64,000 bases of DNA, from the NCBI GenBank assembly GCA_050173015.1, contig JBFXLE010000018.1:1-64000 (forward strand). Reading direction: 5' to 3'. This stretch comes from Calditrichaceae bacterium (GTDB taxonomy: Bacteria; Calditrichota; Calditrichia; Calditrichales; JBFXGD01). Below, piece by piece: positions 21,101-31,170 of this stretch (its first letter is position 1; each line of letters opens with the position of its first letter). Position numbers and translations under genes: made by a program. The notes under the pieces were generated by a model, which saw only the letters and a program-made list of their open reading frames with translations, made no database searches and was not told the origin of the DNA.

Positions 21101-21234
21101 TCCGACTGTAGATAATGCCAGTCAAACTCACGATATTGGACTTTATTTTTACCAAAACCCTGTCCAAAAACAGAATTACCGGAAAAAACTAAAATCAACA
21201 GGAGCAGTGAAAATGTATGCTTCAAGCTGGACAT
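18157..21234 (-). CDS. Omp85/BamA-TamA family outer-membrane protein with N-terminal zinc-peptidase-like domain and TolB-like (PD40) beta-propeller
   Basis: Signal peptide; HELVH…WFSEGLAEY; repeated SPNG/WSPDG/WSPKG/WSADG/FSPDG; barrel with FYLGG, TPLRG, NAEFRFP, C-terminal SLGIDF. Confidence 0.82.
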   Translation of the reverse strand: MSSLKHTFSLLLLILVFSGNSVFGQGFGKNKVQYREFDWHYLQSEHFDVYFYSGGYDIAVFTANIAESSYVSLKNDLRYELTKRVSLIVYKSHNDFQQTNVIDVYLTEGIGGVTELYKNRVVIPYEGSFSQFRHVIHHELVHAVMNDMLYGGSVQSLVSGQVAPVPLWFSEGLAEYLSVRWNTRTDMILRDATISGYLPPINYLNYYLAYQGGNSLFRYIAEKYGNEKISEIIGKIKGSLRFEAAFKSALGIELDELSDNWRKEMRKEYWPDIADRKETKEIARAITDHKEKRNYLNISPALSPNGDKIVFLSDMDGKQSIYLMDIMENKIIKKLIKGQTSVDFEELHWLSPGMSWSPDGNKISFSAKAGDQDALYVYTIASEKIEQFKFGLDGIFSAAWSPKGDEIAFIGNIDGASDIYVYNIKSKKLENITNDVFSDSDPTWSADGERLAFVSDRNKYISKDLIPENFNIAHHNFENTDIYIVNRDGSGLTRITDTNDRESDPVFSPDGQKLLYVSDRSGIYNMYRHDLTTNESYPITNLLTGAFQLTTDKDGNTLAFSSFSEGGWDLFTIRNPFELPEVSIDKTVFYKKLEKQDLNEILAINPNQKVEADTSERVVKIPRAIDYSNYVFADLERRTTTEIKDVALDEDHYKLEDGHYKVRNYKVKFSPDIVNGAAQYNTLWGFQGYTSIAYSDVLGNHKIFLGTNLVFDLRNSYINAQYWYLPKRIDYGASLFHYSNTYYSSTNGLQRFRNYGFFAIASRPFNKFSRVDFSLYFLNASLEYLEYDIPTETVQSILPGIQLVYDTAEWWYTGPQDGFRGALSLTSSPKYSNESLEFTTVKADLRKYHKITNGYSFALRFYAGASRGSDPQQFYLGGVSNWLNRHYKDGIRINSIRDVYFSEFVTPLRGADFYEKVGNNFALTNAEFRFPLIPFMQLGFPPISLGNIMGVLYTDVGSAWSSDEPYKGVAKDEFGSNRTKDLVVGYGTGARLYFLGLLLKYDLAWRWDLQSSSKPKHYISLGIDF

Positions 21235-21259
21235 GTGTAGCCTCCAAAAACTTTTAACT

Positions 21260-21288
21260 AAAATAAACCATTAGCAAAATCCAGTCAA
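21260..21288 (-). promoter_or_regulatory. Putative sigma70 promoter of the Omp85-mlaEF operon
   Basis: Minus strand TTGACT-N17-TATTTT upstream of the GGAGG RBS. Confidence 0.45.
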
Positions 21289-21340
21289 GCCTATTAAACA
21301 GACAAATAATTGCTAATTCTTACATAATTTTATTAAATTC

Positions 21341-21700
21341 ATGACACAATCAATCAAAAACGGTAAATTAATGAATATGAATTTCAAAAAAATTAATTAT
21401 GTCTTTTTAGGGTTAACGATTTTTTTTACGATTTTCCTCTCAACTTGTTCATCTGAACCCAAAAAAAACTTGTCAAAGGATAAATTCAGCTCAATTTTAG
21501 CAGAACTATCAATCATTGAAAACCTCGCCGTTGAAGATACTGAAAAATTGGCATTAATAAAAAAACTCTTTCAAAAATACAACACAACTACGGATGAATT
21601 TATTCGCACAATTGAGTCGAATAAGAAAAACAGCGAGTACTGGATCGATATATACAAAAGGACTTCAGTAAAAATTAAAGAAAAAAGTGATCCTGAATAA
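21341..21700 (+). CDS. Small lipoprotein, DUF4296-like
   Basis: Lipobox FLST/C; LSKDKFSSILAEL and FQKYN…WIDIY pattern; true start probably a downstream Met. Confidence 0.6.
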   Translation: MTQSIKNGKLMNMNFKKINYVFLGLTIFFTIFLSTCSSEPKKNLSKDKFSSILAELSIIENLAVEDTEKLALIKKLFQKYNTTTDEFIRTIESNKKNSEYWIDIYKRTSVKIKEKSDPE

Positions 21701-21829
21701 ATGTTTAATGCCACAATTTATATATATATTTAATCAATCAATAGATTTTTCTATCTACACAATAATTCGTTATGGATATTGAGTTAAAAATTTTTAATTT
21801 TTAATTCACCGGGGAAGTGTTAAGAATTT

Positions 21830-23176
21830 ATGTTTTCAAAAATAATTCAGTTAAAATGGATCGCAGCGGCGGGAATTTATCTTCTATTTATCATCTACGG
21901 CACAACTATTCCTTTTAGATTTACATTATCTCCTGAAATTATCAATTCAAATATTCATCGTAGTCTTGAAATTTTTCACGGAAGATTTTTTCTCTCTCCG
22001 GATGATAAAGCGGATGCCGTCGCGAATATTTTGTTTTTTCTCCCATTCGGTTTTTTCTTTCTCAGCGCCTCAATTCAGAAAAATTTAGCGAATTTTGAAC
22101 TTAGTTCATTATTTAAAACAACACTTGCAGGTTTACTTGTTAGTTTTTTTGTGGAATCCGTACAGGTATTTACTCCGAACCGCTCCGCGTCATTTCTTGA
22201 TGTTATTACAAATACATCCGGTACATTTATCGGGGCGCTGATCGCTTATTTTTTAATAAAGAAAAAAATATATATCCGGGTGTACCGGTTTGCTGAGAAA
22301 TGGATTAAAGATCCTGATATGCTTATCATCGGATTTTACCTGTCACTGCTTCTGATATCGGGACTTGCCCCTTACAATTTCACACTATCTCCCTCTATTC
22401 TCTCCAGACAAGTCAGACTCATATCGGATATTAAAACTGGAATCCCGGCCAGCCCGACCGATCTGTTCAACCTCATATTTATTTTTGGTACCGGAGGGTA
22501 TCTGTTTGCCAGAACCATCAGAAAATATTTCATCCATCTGACGCATGCGGGTCAGACGATTCTGAGTATTAGCGTTGGATTCTTTGTTTGTGCCGGTATT
22601 GAGACTATGCAAATTTTTGTTGCTTCCAGATTTTTTTCGTGGGCAGATCTGCTGGTAGGCTCAATGGGGATTATTTATGGCACTGCTACCTATCAGATCC
22701 TTCATCCGAATTTGTTTGGAAGAAATATTCATATCGACTGGAAATCAGACGACAATAACGTCAAACTTATCATTTTCTTTACGATAAACTATGCCCTTTT
22801 TCTCATATATAAATTTTCCTACCCGTTCATATTCAGCGCTGAACCGGCCTACATAATGAAAAAAATTAACTTTTTATTATTCAATGTGCATTCGTTCATT
22901 CCATCATCAAGAGCCTTTGATATTTTTGTTCTCTTTACAAAGTATCTGGTCTTGTTTGCGCCGGCCGGGGTGATATATTATGAAATCCGGAATATAAAAC
23001 ATAAAGTTATATTTATGCTAATGTCTTTACTTTTTATTCTCATGTTGAAGACCCTGCAACTGTTTAACACTGACCAGGCGCCGATGTTAATAGATTTTAC
23101 GGGTATTTTTATCGGAATTTTGGCAGGATACTATTTCTGGAGAGAATTCCGGAATCTTTTGTTGAGCGCCAAATAG
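21830..23176 (+). CDS. VanZ-family polytopic membrane protein (three VanZ-like repeats)
   Basis: DAVANILFFLPFG…ESVQVFTPNRSASFLDVITNTSG, plus two degenerate copies. Confidence 0.8.
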   Translation: MFSKIIQLKWIAAAGIYLLFIIYGTTIPFRFTLSPEIINSNIHRSLEIFHGRFFLSPDDKADAVANILFFLPFGFFFLSASIQKNLANFELSSLFKTTLAGLLVSFFVESVQVFTPNRSASFLDVITNTSGTFIGALIAYFLIKKKIYIRVYRFAEKWIKDPDMLIIGFYLSLLLISGLAPYNFTLSPSILSRQVRLISDIKTGIPASPTDLFNLIFIFGTGGYLFARTIRKYFIHLTHAGQTILSISVGFFVCAGIETMQIFVASRFFSWADLLVGSMGIIYGTATYQILHPNLFGRNIHIDWKSDDNNVKLIIFFTINYALFLIYKFSYPFIFSAEPAYIMKKINFLLFNVHSFIPSSRAFDIFVLFTKYLVLFAPAGVIYYEIRNIKHKVIFMLMSLLFILMLKTLQLFNTDQAPMLIDFTGIFIGILAGYYFWREFRNLLLSAK

Positions 23177-23185
23177 ATTCCCCGG

Positions 23186-25165
23186 TTAAGAACCGAGTAC
23201 TTTTTCCAACCTGTAATATGCCCATACCACGCCCGCGAGCGCCGGAGTGTAATCGGCAATCCCCTGCTGTTTGATATACCCGTTTGTGTTGACTGCTTCC
23301 GGGATATATCCCAGTAGCCCATTTTGACGAAGCTCAAGGATCGGCTTGAAATATTTTTCGAGTTTTACCGCCAGGTCTTTTGAATTCCCGGACACCTTCA
23401 TCACCGTTTCCACATAAATACCAACCGTCCATGGCCAGATTGTTCCGTTATAATATTCCGGCGCAGACCGGTCCAGATATTCAAACGGGCTTTTTAAAAT
23501 AAAGGTGTCGTCATTTTTTGAAAGTGATCTTAAACCGTAAGGTGTTAAAAGTTCACTGCCGATTCTTAAAAGAATACTCTGAGCGATTTTTTCATTAACA
23601 AGATCATAGGGGAGCAATAATGGTATGATTTGGTTAATTCTGAAATCTTTATTTATAGTTTCACTGTTGATAAAATCATTAAATTGATTGGCTTCGGAAT
23701 CGACAAACACTTTATTAAAATTTATCTTAACTTTATCCGCTAATCTACCGTACCTGGACGCCCAGCGCTTTTTATTAATTTTTTTACTGATGGATTCCAT
23801 CGACCTTAACGCATTGTACCACAAAGCATTAATTTCCAGCAATTTTCCATACCTTAATACCTGACCACCTTTATCCCGAAGCGGAATCCAGCTAACGGAA
23901 CTCGATTTATCTCCTGCAAATACCAGGTCATCCTTGTCGCAATAAATATTAAATAAGGTGCCTTTTCTGTATTTTTCAATTATTGAAATATAGGCGTTTA
24001 AAAGATCCTCTTTAATAAAATCTGTATGACCGGTTTTCTTTAAATAGTGATCTCCAAAGATAATATACAGCAAGCTTAAATCCGCGCAACCATAGAACAT
24101 ATTTTCTTCAGAACCGTTTTCCACTAACGGAAGTAGTCCGTTTTTAATTTTTGGCAACAGAGAGGAATAATATTCCCTGAAAAAATCCGGGTTCTCATTA
24201 ATAAAAAACAATCCCGGTATGGAAACCATCATGTCACGAAGGTTATGTATATTTTCGATGGTCGAAATACTAATTGTCGGCAGGTTATTTATCCTGTTTA
24301 TGGCATTCTCAAGGTTTGTGTTTAGACTTTTTACATCATCATTTTTAATGATCTGTCTTGCGAACCTGCTCTTATGGTCAGCATTTTCACTCCGGTATAT
24401 ATCTTCGAAACATAGATTTGATCCTGTCTGTAATTCACGTGTTGAAATGAACAAATCAATCGTATCATAAGGTTTCAGTGTTATTTGGAAAAATCCCGGA
24501 TTAAAAAGATCTTCACTGTTCAGGTTGTGTCTGCCGTTATCATTCGGATAATAAAAATTATGATACCACAAGGAAGCGGAAATAAATTCACCGCTACTAT
24601 AATATACATAGAGTTCAGGCATGGTGGCTCTCGGAGCCCAACGTACAAACCGGTGCCCCTGATAACTATCAGTATTCAGGCCCTGGACTTCCGTTGATAA
24701 ATCAGTATTGTACCTGTCCGCGAGAAACGGTTTGAGAACCAGTACAACGGGTTTTCCCTGATTCCTCAACTCATATCTCACCACCAGAACAGGCTGATCC
24801 GACATGAGAAACATAGTCTTTCTTAGCAACCGGTCTTCAATTTTGTAATCAAAGGATGGAAACGGATTTCTGGTAAATTTTTCCAGATAATTATACCCGG
24901 TGGGATAGACGCTTCCTATAAACTGATTCGTGGAAATCTCATGAACACGGTTTTCAATAAAAACCGATTCTTCAAATTTTGAAAGCACAACAATTTTTTT
25001 ATCGGAATTCTTATCAGGAACGACGAGCAATCCATGCTCTCTCCTTGTATTCATCCCGATACTTGATGACGATGCGTAAACTCCAATTTTATTGCGTTCC
25101 AGCCACTCATATCCGGAAGCAATTTTTAAATTAGTCAGCGCTTCCCTTTCCAGACAATAATACAT
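23186..25165 (-). CDS. Glycogen debranching enzyme-like protein (GDE_N + amylo-alpha-1,6-glucosidase), catalytic motifs degenerate
   Basis: EWLERNKIGVYASSS…NTRREHGLL, EDLFNPGFF, EINALWYNAL, LLTPYGLRSLS, YYNGTIWPW. Confidence 0.85.
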   Translation of the reverse strand: MYYCLEREALTNLKIASGYEWLERNKIGVYASSSSIGMNTRREHGLLVVPDKNSDKKIVVLSKFEESVFIENRVHEISTNQFIGSVYPTGYNYLEKFTRNPFPSFDYKIEDRLLRKTMFLMSDQPVLVVRYELRNQGKPVVLVLKPFLADRYNTDLSTEVQGLNTDSYQGHRFVRWAPRATMPELYVYYSSGEFISASLWYHNFYYPNDNGRHNLNSEDLFNPGFFQITLKPYDTIDLFISTRELQTGSNLCFEDIYRSENADHKSRFARQIIKNDDVKSLNTNLENAINRINNLPTISISTIENIHNLRDMMVSIPGLFFINENPDFFREYYSSLLPKIKNGLLPLVENGSEENMFYGCADLSLLYIIFGDHYLKKTGHTDFIKEDLLNAYISIIEKYRKGTLFNIYCDKDDLVFAGDKSSSVSWIPLRDKGGQVLRYGKLLEINALWYNALRSMESISKKINKKRWASRYGRLADKVKINFNKVFVDSEANQFNDFINSETINKDFRINQIIPLLLPYDLVNEKIAQSILLRIGSELLTPYGLRSLSKNDDTFILKSPFEYLDRSAPEYYNGTIWPWTVGIYVETVMKVSGNSKDLAVKLEKYFKPILELRQNGLLGYIPEAVNTNGYIKQQGIADYTPALAGVVWAYYRLEKVLGS

Positions 25166-25359
25166 AACCCATCCAAATCCATTTATGACAGTCAGAATAT
25201 TAAATTATTGAGGAACTTTTTTCTAAATATATTAACTGATTATAATAACCTTCATTGTGATGAAAATCAAACTTTTTTTTGACCGCGATGCATACCCTTG
25301 TCATGATATTTTTAGCGTCATGCCAACCATGACAGACACAGCGCGGCATCTCTCTCTTC

Positions 25360-26265
25360 TCACCGGTTGATCATTTTATTCAGATAGAAAAGACTATCCT
25401 TTATCACGGGAAAATTGAATATTTTCTGCAACCTGCTGATGTCCGCTGTGAACCGGACTACTTCGATGGATCTGGGCGGATCAACAATCACTTTTTGTTT
25501 TGCGCCGGACAGCTCCATTATACAATTTGCAAGATCGAATAGGGTTGTACTTTTTCCGCTGCCGACGTTTGTAGGGCCTTGCGGCGCCTTATCATTATCC
25601 ATTGATTGCAAAAGAATGTCAACAACTGCGTCAATGGAAATAAAATCTATTATCTGATCGCCTCCATAAATATGCAGGTCTTTGCCACCGGCCACATTTT
25701 TCAGAAATATAGGAATCACCCTGTCAAAATCCCGCTCACCATATACATTGGCAAAACGCAGTATCACCACTTCCATGGTGCTCATATTTTGAAATACTTC
25801 ACAATATTTTTCCCCTGCTACTTTACTCGCTCCATAGGTATTTTTTGACGATAAAGGGTGTTTCTCATCCACCGGCAAATACCGCGCCTCTCCATAAGCC
25901 TCTCTGGAAGAAGAAAAGATTAATCTTCTCGCGCCTGATTCCTGGGATGCTTTTAGAACATTAAATGTACCGACCACATTTGTTGAGAACGAATAGTCAA
26001 GGTCATGAACAGCACCCATAACATTTGATTGAGCGGCAAGATGGTATATGGTATCACAGTTATAAACGGCTCTCTTTACCGTGTCGAAATCGCGAATATC
26101 CCCATTGATGAATTCAACGTTTCCCAGATCCATATGCTTCTTTATATTTTCCGTTTTTCCCCGGTGTAGATTATCAAGTACAACAACCTGAAAGTCATTT
26201 TGTATCAGTCTGTCCACCAAATGACTCCCTATAAAACCGGCTCCTCCGGTAACGAGTACTTTCAT
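25360..26265 (-). CDS. NAD-dependent epimerase/dehydratase (extended SDR)
   Basis: VTGGAGFIGSHL, HLAAQ, YGASK (YxxxK), LRFANVYG. Confidence 0.92.
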   Translation of the reverse strand: MKVLVTGGAGFIGSHLVDRLIQNDFQVVVLDNLHRGKTENIKKHMDLGNVEFINGDIRDFDTVKRAVYNCDTIYHLAAQSNVMGAVHDLDYSFSTNVVGTFNVLKASQESGARRLIFSSSREAYGEARYLPVDEKHPLSSKNTYGASKVAGEKYCEVFQNMSTMEVVILRFANVYGERDFDRVIPIFLKNVAGGKDLHIYGGDQIIDFISIDAVVDILLQSMDNDKAPQGPTNVGSGKSTTLFDLANCIMELSGAKQKVIVDPPRSIEVVRFTADISRLQKIFNFPVIKDSLFYLNKMINR

Positions 26266-26356
26266 TTAATTTCCTTTTATTTTGTTGTGAATCTCACGTT
26301 CAAATCTCTCATAAAACAAAAAAATACTTAATTCGTGATTAAAAAACACGCGTTTC

Positions 26357-28069
26357 TCATCGATAATATCTTTTAATTATTTTAACAATTTTTCTTCCCC
26401 GCCCGCCTCGACACAAACTCATCCGGAAACATTTTTTTTCTTCCATCTTTTTTCTTTTATCTTTTTTCTTTTTTCCCCCGATACCCGCGACGATAAAACT
26501 CAGTATCGTGATCAGGATGCTCGATTTCCCGGCCCAGTCACCAAATTGCGTAAAAAATGTAAATTTTTGTCTTAAAGGCAATATAGCATGACCTGATTTT
26601 ATTTCACCCGATTTTGATGATACGGTTTCTCTGCCCCAGGGATCAATAAAAACAGAAATACCCGTATTAGCGCTTCTAACAATCGGGATCCGGTTTTCAA
26701 CGGCCCTCAGAATGGCAGATCTTGAATGTTGGTACGGTCCTGAAGAACCTTCAAACCATCCGTCATTTGTGATTATGGCCAGCAATTCCGCTCCATTCCG
26801 AACAAATTCTCTCACATGCCCGGGAAATACAGCTTCGAAACAGATTAAGGTACTAAATAAACCGTTGCGAGCCTGTGGGGTGGAAGGCTGTTTAATCTGC
26901 CAATGAGGATCCTTCAGAATGATCTCTTCAGCCTTGAAGCGCATGTTGAAAACGGTATAAATTTCGCCTTTTTCATAGAACTGATTTTGTCCTGAAAAAT
27001 ATTTGAGAAACCCGAAATACTTCATATAGGGTATGCTCTCGGTGATGGGAACAAGATGTATCTTATTATAAATCTGAGTTGATCCATCCCCTGACGGATC
27101 AAAATAAAATGCTGAATTAAACAGCCTGCGCTTCCCGTTTATCTCTTTTGCATGCATTGCGCCAACAAGCAAATTGGCGCCTGAGCCGGAGGCGACTTCC
27201 TTTAGTTCGCTTAGTAATTCAGGATAGTCATCCAAATAAACCGGGATCGCCGTTTCCGGCCAGACGATCAGATCCGGTTTGCTCAATGCGGCTTCTCCGG
27301 TCAGATCAAACAAAATTTTAACATTTTCATCCAGAAATTCCGGCTTCCATTTGTTTTTGGAATCAATATTCGGTTGAATATAGGCGATCTTGATACCTTC
27401 AGATTCAGTAGATTCAGAGAGCTTATAATATCCATAACCCAATGAACCCGCGATGATCAAAATGTAAGCAGAAACCGGCAATAGTAATTTTTTACTGATA
27501 TTCCGGGAAGAAATGACTGAGTATCCCAGCTGGTTTAATATCAATACGATCAAAGTCAGACCGGAATATCCGGTCAATTCTATCAATTGAATAAAAGGCA
27601 GAAAGTATGTCTGGGAATGAGCGAGGTTCAACCAGTTATATCCCAGATCGGTAAATTCACGGGAGAAATCAATGGCAGTCCAGATAAAAGGATTTATATA
27701 CGGAAATAATTTGCCCAAACGCTTTTTTAGAAGGACGTACAAATATCCGTACAATCCGAACTGCAGGGGATTTAGAATCAAAATGGCTAAAAATCCTGAT
27801 ACGGAATAGAGAGAAATCCAATACAAAGCTCCCGCGTTTACCAGGAGGCCGATCAGATAACCTGTCCTGAAGCCCTCTTTTGCGTTTAAATCGTCTAAAA
27901 CCATAAAAAAGGGTATAAATGCAAACCATGCCAGGAAACCCGTTGGAAATGGAGGATAGGCAGCAATCAAAAGCAGGCCGCTAAGGAGTATATTCAAATG
28001 ATAAGATGACGCAAAAAGACTATTCCAGGCTAATCTCCGCGCCTGTTTTGGCAGATTCATATAAGGCAT
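26357..28069 (-). CDS. lnt: Apolipoprotein N-acyltransferase
   Basis: Catalytic triad motifs IVWPETA, YNKIHLVP, LICFEAVF; ITNDGWF, RAVENR, RSANTGIS; real start probably downstream of 28069. Confidence 0.92.
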   Translation of the reverse strand: MPYMNLPKQARRLAWNSLFASSYHLNILLSGLLLIAAYPPFPTGFLAWFAFIPFFMVLDDLNAKEGFRTGYLIGLLVNAGALYWISLYSVSGFLAILILNPLQFGLYGYLYVLLKKRLGKLFPYINPFIWTAIDFSREFTDLGYNWLNLAHSQTYFLPFIQLIELTGYSGLTLIVLILNQLGYSVISSRNISKKLLLPVSAYILIIAGSLGYGYYKLSESTESEGIKIAYIQPNIDSKNKWKPEFLDENVKILFDLTGEAALSKPDLIVWPETAIPVYLDDYPELLSELKEVASGSGANLLVGAMHAKEINGKRRLFNSAFYFDPSGDGSTQIYNKIHLVPITESIPYMKYFGFLKYFSGQNQFYEKGEIYTVFNMRFKAEEIILKDPHWQIKQPSTPQARNGLFSTLICFEAVFPGHVREFVRNGAELLAIITNDGWFEGSSGPYQHSRSAILRAVENRIPIVRSANTGISVFIDPWGRETVSSKSGEIKSGHAILPLRQKFTFFTQFGDWAGKSSILITILSFIVAGIGGKKKKDKRKKMEEKKCFRMSLCRGGRGRKIVKIIKRYYR

Positions 28070-29033
28070 CCAGGATTTGCATTACGTACACTGCATCGCC
28101 CGCCGAAGACATGTTTTTTGCATCTCCGTTAATAACATCGACAAAATGCACCAGTTCGTTTTCATATGCTTTTTTAAATTGATCAATATTTTGTTCCACC
28201 AGCATTGGTGTGACATTTACAAGGTTCCCGTGCAATTCCTTGTTGATTCTCAGCGGATTCAAATACGCGGAACCTTGTTTTCCAAATATATGGGTGTAAA
28301 TAGTATCCCTCTCGAGATGCATTCGCCAGCTAACCTCAATCGTTATTGATATTCGCGATTCTGTTTCGATGACGGCCAGCGCAGCATCTTCCACATTTAT
28401 TTCGGGATTTAGCCGGTAATCGAATAAACGTACCTTTTTAATTTTTGGAAGATTTAAAAGAAACATTGCCAAATCAATCAGCTGGATGCCGATATCGATC
28501 AGTACACCGCCTCCCGCAAAACTTTTTTTCGCGTGCCAGCCGGGAACAATATTTCGGGTCCATTTTTTCAGCCAACCGGTTTTTATGTAAAAAATATCAC
28601 CCAGTTCACTATTGTTTAAAAAATCTTTTAGTATTTTTACATCATCCCGGAAGCGATTATGCATCCCCACCATGAGAGTCAGTTTTTTCTCTTCGGCCAG
28701 TTTTGAAAGTTTCAAAGCATCCCGGTGATTAAGAGCGACCGGTTTTTCAATAAAAACATTCACCCCGTTGCTCAGCGCGAGGTAAGCCATGGGGTAATGA
28801 TAAAGACTCGGTGTGCAGATATGTATAGCATCAAGTTTTTCATTACTGATCATTTCATCAATAAGATAGTACCATCTCGGGATATTAAATTTCTGCGTAA
28901 GAAAACTGACTTTGCCCTGATCCACATCGCAAATGGCGACTAATTCCACATTTTCGAGCTTTTTCAATAAGGGGATATGAACAATCTGAGCGATGCTGCC
29001 TGCTCCGACGACTGCCACTTTTAGTTTTTCCAT
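28020..29033 (-). CDS. Gfo/Idh/MocA family oxidoreductase
   Basis: VVGAGSIA, NVFIEKP, GMHNRF, GGGVLIDIG. Confidence 0.9.
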   Translation of the reverse strand: MEKLKVAVVGAGSIAQIVHIPLLKKLENVELVAICDVDQGKVSFLTQKFNIPRWYYLIDEMISNEKLDAIHICTPSLYHYPMAYLALSNGVNVFIEKPVALNHRDALKLSKLAEEKKLTLMVGMHNRFRDDVKILKDFLNNSELGDIFYIKTGWLKKWTRNIVPGWHAKKSFAGGGVLIDIGIQLIDLAMFLLNLPKIKKVRLFDYRLNPEINVEDAALAVIETESRISITIEVSWRMHLERDTIYTHIFGKQGSAYLNPLRINKELHGNLVNVTPMLVEQNIDQFKKAYENELVHFVDVINGDAKNMSSAGDAVYVMQILDALYESAKTGAEISLE

Positions 29034-29034
29034 T

Positions 29035-30120
29035 CTATGACTCCCTGATATAAGCGTCGTAATTTATGGATTTCATTATCCTGACGGCATCTTTGGCTTC
29101 CCGAAAAGTTGAAAAGGAGAGACGGAAGACTCCCCCTTCTTTTTCCCGGATCTTCAACAATTCTATATCACGAATATCGATATTTTTTTCATATAAAGCA
29201 TTAGAAATTTTTGAAACCACTCCAAGTTCATCATTCACGTAAACAAAAACTTCCGTGAGTGGCGACAGAAACCCTTTGTTCACATTTGGAATTTCATGAC
29301 GATACATATTCGCGCTGTTAAAGGCTTCATAAAGGCTTCCGAGTTGATCTTTCTCTGACCGGATTAGTGCTATGAGTTCATCCAACACCGATTTGATATT
29401 GGATTGATTAGAATTGACAATATCCTGCCATATATTTATGGAGCTTGAAGCAATACGGGTTAAATCCCTGAATCCACCTGCGGCCAGCTCAAAGTAAGGA
29501 GAACCCTGTTCATTTTTACGGCCTACAAGATTTACAAGCGCAATGGCAAGTAACTGTGGAACATGACTAATCGCGGCCATGATCTGATCATGCGTCTCTG
29601 AATCGATAATAAGTACACGCGCTTTTAACGCTTCTAGCACAGGTAATAATTTTTGTTTCAGGACCGGGGTTTCTAAGGAGGTGATACCTGTTAAAACATA
29701 AACGGCATTTTCATAAAGCAAGGGGTTTGACGCGGTCAGCCCTGTTTTCTCGGTACCTGTCATTGGATGTCCACCGATATAAATTCCATTAAAATTCAAC
29801 TTGCGGACAAATTTTTCCAGTTCCGACTTTGTACTTCCCATATCAGTTACAACTGTCTCCGGGCTCACCACATCCGCAAGCTGGTCTAACTGTTTTTTGA
29901 TAATATGCAGAGGCGTTGCGAGAACGATGATATCGGCATCAGCGCATTCATCAGGCCAAGCCGTGATTTTCCGGTCGATGATATTTTTCTGCATCGCCAT
30001 ATCCATAATTTCGGGCAGGTCATACCCGATAATTGTGAGATTTGATAAACGTTGCTTTAACGCGCGCGCCATCGACGCGCCCATCACGCCCAAACCAGAA
30101 ATAACAATTTTCATCATCAA
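29035..30120 (-). CDS. tyrA: Prephenate/arogenate dehydrogenase with C-terminal ACT domain
   Basis: [48 protein letters not shown]. Confidence 0.92.
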   Translation of the reverse strand: MMMKIVISGLGVMGASMARALKQRLSNLTIIGYDLPEIMDMAMQKNIIDRKITAWPDECADADIIVLATPLHIIKKQLDQLADVVSPETVVTDMGSTKSELEKFVRKLNFNGIYIGGHPMTGTEKTGLTASNPLLYENAVYVLTGITSLETPVLKQKLLPVLEALKARVLIIDSETHDQIMAAISHVPQLLAIALVNLVGRKNEQGSPYFELAAGGFRDLTRIASSSINIWQDIVNSNQSNIKSVLDELIALIRSEKDQLGSLYEAFNSANMYRHEIPNVNKGFLSPLTEVFVYVNDELGVVSKISNALYEKNIDIRDIELLKIREKEGGVFRLSFSTFREAKDAVRIMKSINYDAYIRES

Positions 30121-31154
30121 CGGACTTTTTCGGCTTTATTCGAAATATTTCTACCTATTACTTCGGCAATGACCCTGATCTGGTCCATTAACTCTTCAAA
30201 CTGATCGGGGTAAAGTGATTGCGCGCCGTCAGACAGCGCTTTTTCAGGTTCCGGATGTACTTCTATCATAAGGCCGTCCGCACCGGCGGCGATCGCCGCG
30301 CGAGCCATAGGAATCACTTTATCCCGTAATCCCGTTCCATGAGAAGGATCGGCAAATATAGGAAGGTGGCTCAATTTTTTCACCACCGGAATCGCGCTGA
30401 TATCAAGCGTGTTACGGGTATAAGTTTCAAAGGTGCGGATGCCTCTCTCACACAGGATAACATCCTTATTGCCTCCGGATAATATATACTCTGCAGACAT
30501 CAGCCATTCTTCTATTGTGGCGGATATGCCTCTTTTAAGAAATATCGGTTTGTTTACTGTCCCCAGGGCTTTGATAAATGAAAAGTTCTGCATATTTCTG
30601 GCGCCGACCTGTATGATATCAGTATACTCGCTGACCAGCGGAATCTGATCTTTGTCCATCACTTCGGTAACAACGAGCATATTAAATTTATCAGCCGCCT
30701 CACGTAAATATTTTAAGCCCTGTTCACCCAGGCCCTGGAATGAGTATGGTGAACTCCTCGGCTTGAACGCGCCTCCGCGTAATATCTTCGCGCCGGCTGC
30801 CGAGACACGCTCAGCCACGACTAATGTCTGTTCCTGCGACTCAACTGAGCAGGGGCCCGCCATAATTACAGCTTCAGGGCCGCCGATTTTTATGCCTTTA
30901 ATATCGATCACCGTATTGCTGTGTTTAAATTCCCGGCTTACCAGCTTGTAAGGAGCAGAAATCCGGTACGCGTCGCTGACTCCGGGTAATATTTGCATAT
31001 CCCGGACATCAATTTTTGACGTATTGCCGATCACGCCAAGAAGGGTGTGATCCACGCCGGTGGACCGGTGAACATCAAATCCAAGCGAATCCAGCCGCTC
31101 GATCACGTACTCGATTTGCTTTTCGTCAACCCCCTTCTCCATTATTATAACCAT
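30117..31154 (-). CDS. aroF: DAHP synthase type I-beta with N-terminal ferredoxin-like regulatory domain
   Basis: [49 protein letters not shown]. Confidence 0.95.
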   Translation of the reverse strand: MVIIMEKGVDEKQIEYVIERLDSLGFDVHRSTGVDHTLLGVIGNTSKIDVRDMQILPGVSDAYRISAPYKLVSREFKHSNTVIDIKGIKIGGPEAVIMAGPCSVESQEQTLVVAERVSAAGAKILRGGAFKPRSSPYSFQGLGEQGLKYLREAADKFNMLVVTEVMDKDQIPLVSEYTDIIQVGARNMQNFSFIKALGTVNKPIFLKRGISATIEEWLMSAEYILSGGNKDVILCERGIRTFETYTRNTLDISAIPVVKKLSHLPIFADPSHGTGLRDKVIPMARAAIAAGADGLMIEVHPEPEKALSDGAQSLYPDQFEELMDQIRVIAEVIGRNISNKAEKVR

Positions 31155-31170
31155 GGGTCATACTCCTATA

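Noticed and set aside
25299-25334. GTCATG/CATGAC short repeats downstream of the epimerase gene
   Set aside because: Stems of only 6-7 bp, no U tract, no second occurrence in a regulatory context
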